Below, piece after piece: positions 30,637 through 32,000 of a DNA stretch of 32,000 bases. The notes below the pieces were generated by a model. It was not told the origin of the DNA. It saw only the letters and a list, made by a program, of their open reading frames with translations, and made no database searches. The stretch's first letter is position 1, and each line of letters begins with the position of its first letter. Made by a program: the position numbers and the translations under genes. The DNA is from Nitrososphaera viennensis EN76 (GTDB lineage: Archaea > Thermoproteota > Nitrososphaeria > Nitrososphaerales > Nitrososphaeraceae), in the NCBI RefSeq assembly GCF_000698785.1, contig NZ_CP007536.1:1710001-1742000 (forward strand), given 5' to 3'.

Positions 30637-31854
30637 TCACCCGATCATCGCCGAGACAGCGGCTGCGTCCGGCTTGACAGCGGTAAGTTTCGGCAGCACC
30701 CCTATAATTGCTTCTGTGGCCTTTAACCCGTTGCCGGTGACGTAGCAGACTACCTTTTCGTCCTTGTCTATGTTGCCTTCGTCCACCAGCTTTTTCAGCA
30801 CGCCCACTGAAACCCCGCCGGCCGGCTCTGTGAATATGCCTTCTGACTGCGCAAGCATCATGATGCCGTCCCTTATCTCCTCGTCGCCTACTTCCTCCGC
30901 AAGGCCGCCGTACTGCTTCAACCTCTTTAGCACGTAAATGCCGTCGCCCGGGTCGCCGATTGCGAGGCTCTTGGCTATCGTCTCAGGCCTTTCCACCGGG
31001 ATAACCTCGTCAGAGTTGCGCTTGAACGCGTCGACCACCGGCGCGCACCCGTGCGGCTGCGCCGCCACTATCTTGAGGTTCTTGACGCTGCCGACAAGAC
31101 CGAGCGCGTGCAGCTCTTCAAAGCCCTTGCAAATCGCGTTGAGCATCGCGCCCGAGCCGACAGGGATTATCAGCCTGTCAGGCACCTCCCATCCAAGCTG
31201 CTCGGCGACTTCGTACGCAAGCGTCTTTGACCCTTCCACGTAGTAGGGCCTCATGTTGATGTTGACGATGCCGTAACCCTTGGAGTCGCCGATTATCGAG
31301 GCGACCCTGTTTGCGTCGTCGTACGTGCCCTCTACGGCGACAAACTCGGCGCCGTACGAAAGCGCCTGCGCTATCTTGACGTGCTCGATGTCAGAGGGCG
31401 CAAAGATGTAGCAGGGAAGGCCTGCCTTTGCAGCATGCGCGGCGGTGGCGGAAGCAAGGTTGCCCGTCGACGCACATCCTACCGCCTTTAGTTTCGTCTC
31501 CTTGGCCCTTGACACCGCGACGCCGGCGGGCCTGTCCTTGAACGAAAACGTCGGGTTGACCGAGTCGTTCTTGATGTAAAGGTTCTTCAATCCCAGTCGC
31601 TCGCCCAGCTTGTCTGCGTGCTGGAGCGGCGTCAATCCTGCGTTGAGGCTGACAACGTTTGCCTTGTCCGTGATGGGGAGGAGCTCGAAATAGCGCCAGT
31701 AGGTCTTTTCCCTAAGGTCAAACGTGTGCCTGTTTATCGACGCCTCCCTGTACGTCACGTCCAGGGGGCCGAAACACTCTTCACAAACGTACCGGAACTG
31801 CGGCTCGTATTCCTTGCCGCATTCTCTGCACCTTAATGACTTGATACTTCCCAT
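30637..31854 (-). CDS. thrC: Threonine-synthase-family PLP enzyme with an N-terminal zinc ribbon (ThrC or a ThrC-like sulfur-incorporating paralogue)
   Basis: 405 aa. The ribbon is CRECGKEY...CEECFGPL. The PLP lysine context is NPTFSFKDRPAG. It also has GCASTGNLASATAAHAA, IIPVGSGAMLNAI and CYVTGNGLK. Its stop is 10 nt upstream of the Ubl-E1 start on the same strand. Confidence 0.88.
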   Translation of the reverse strand: MGSIKSLRCRECGKEYEPQFRYVCEECFGPLDVTYREASINRHTFDLREKTYWRYFELLPITDKANVVSLNAGLTPLQHADKLGERLGLKNLYIKNDSVNPTFSFKDRPAGVAVSRAKETKLKAVGCASTGNLASATAAHAAKAGLPCYIFAPSDIEHVKIAQALSYGAEFVAVEGTYDDANRVASIIGDSKGYGIVNINMRPYYVEGSKTLAYEVAEQLGWEVPDRLIIPVGSGAMLNAICKGFEELHALGLVGSVKNLKIVAAQPHGCAPVVDAFKRNSDEVIPVERPETIAKSLAIGDPGDGIYVLKRLKQYGGLAEEVGDEEIRDGIMMLAQSEGIFTEPAGGVSVGVLKKLVDEGNIDKDEKVVCYVTGNGLKATEAIIGVLPKLTAVKPDAAAVSAMIG

Positions 31855-32000
31855 GATTTATTTAACGCCCTTTCTCTGAAAGCTAATTATTAGAACATCT
31901 CTAAGCACATTTTAAGTATTGCTTAACTTTCTAGTGCATTGATATTGTAATACTTAACAGGAAATTTCCTGCAAATTTTCATAGTTTTGACAGCAGGCGT

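Noticed and set aside
1-32000. Mobile elements, CRISPR arrays, tRNA/rRNA genes, and inteins in RNR, PolD or TopA
   Set aside because: I saw no transposase or integrase-like translation, no regularly spaced direct repeats, and no cloverleaf-capable segments in the few non-coding gaps. The lengths and continuous motifs of NrdJ (visible part), DP2 and TopA leave no room for inteins.

Overview
This is a chromosomal, mostly housekeeping window from an archaeon. PolD (DP1 and DP2), Orc1/Cdc6, TFE and GGGP synthase occur together with an ESCRT-III (CdvB-type) protein, a short heme A synthase and a B12-dependent RNR. That combination points to Nitrososphaeria (Thaumarchaeota), probably a Nitrososphaera-like lineage; this is an inference, not a search result. 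About 32 protein genes are supportable. Six are not in the supplied ORF track: an edge-truncated nrdJ and five proteins under 60 aa. Several track ORFs carry spurious N-terminal extensions, and I re-set their starts using TATA-box spacing and neighbour overlap. I saw no rRNA, tRNA, CRISPR array, transposase or intein. The replication origin lies in the window: two 22-bp ORB-type repeats plus degenerate copies upstream of orc1/cdc6, embedded in a dense GTTAAC array and flanked by DP1 and, further away, DP2. The best candidates for undescribed biology are these four. (1) A winged-helix + ATP-cone + glycyl-radical-less NrdD-like protein sits directly upstream of nrdJ and may be a nucleotide-sensing RNR regulator. 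(2) A tightly coupled ThrC-like PLP enzyme and a ThiS/MoaD(GG)-E1 fusion with an unassigned C-terminal domain suggest protein-thiocarboxylate sulfur chemistry. (3) A stand-alone receiver, a small ORF and a class III cyclase with substituted catalytic residues form a possible signalling unit. (4) Secreted proteins share a C-terminal beta-rich module and carry Asn/Asp/Gly/Ser/His-rich linkers. All domain calls come from reading the translations by eye; no database search was run.
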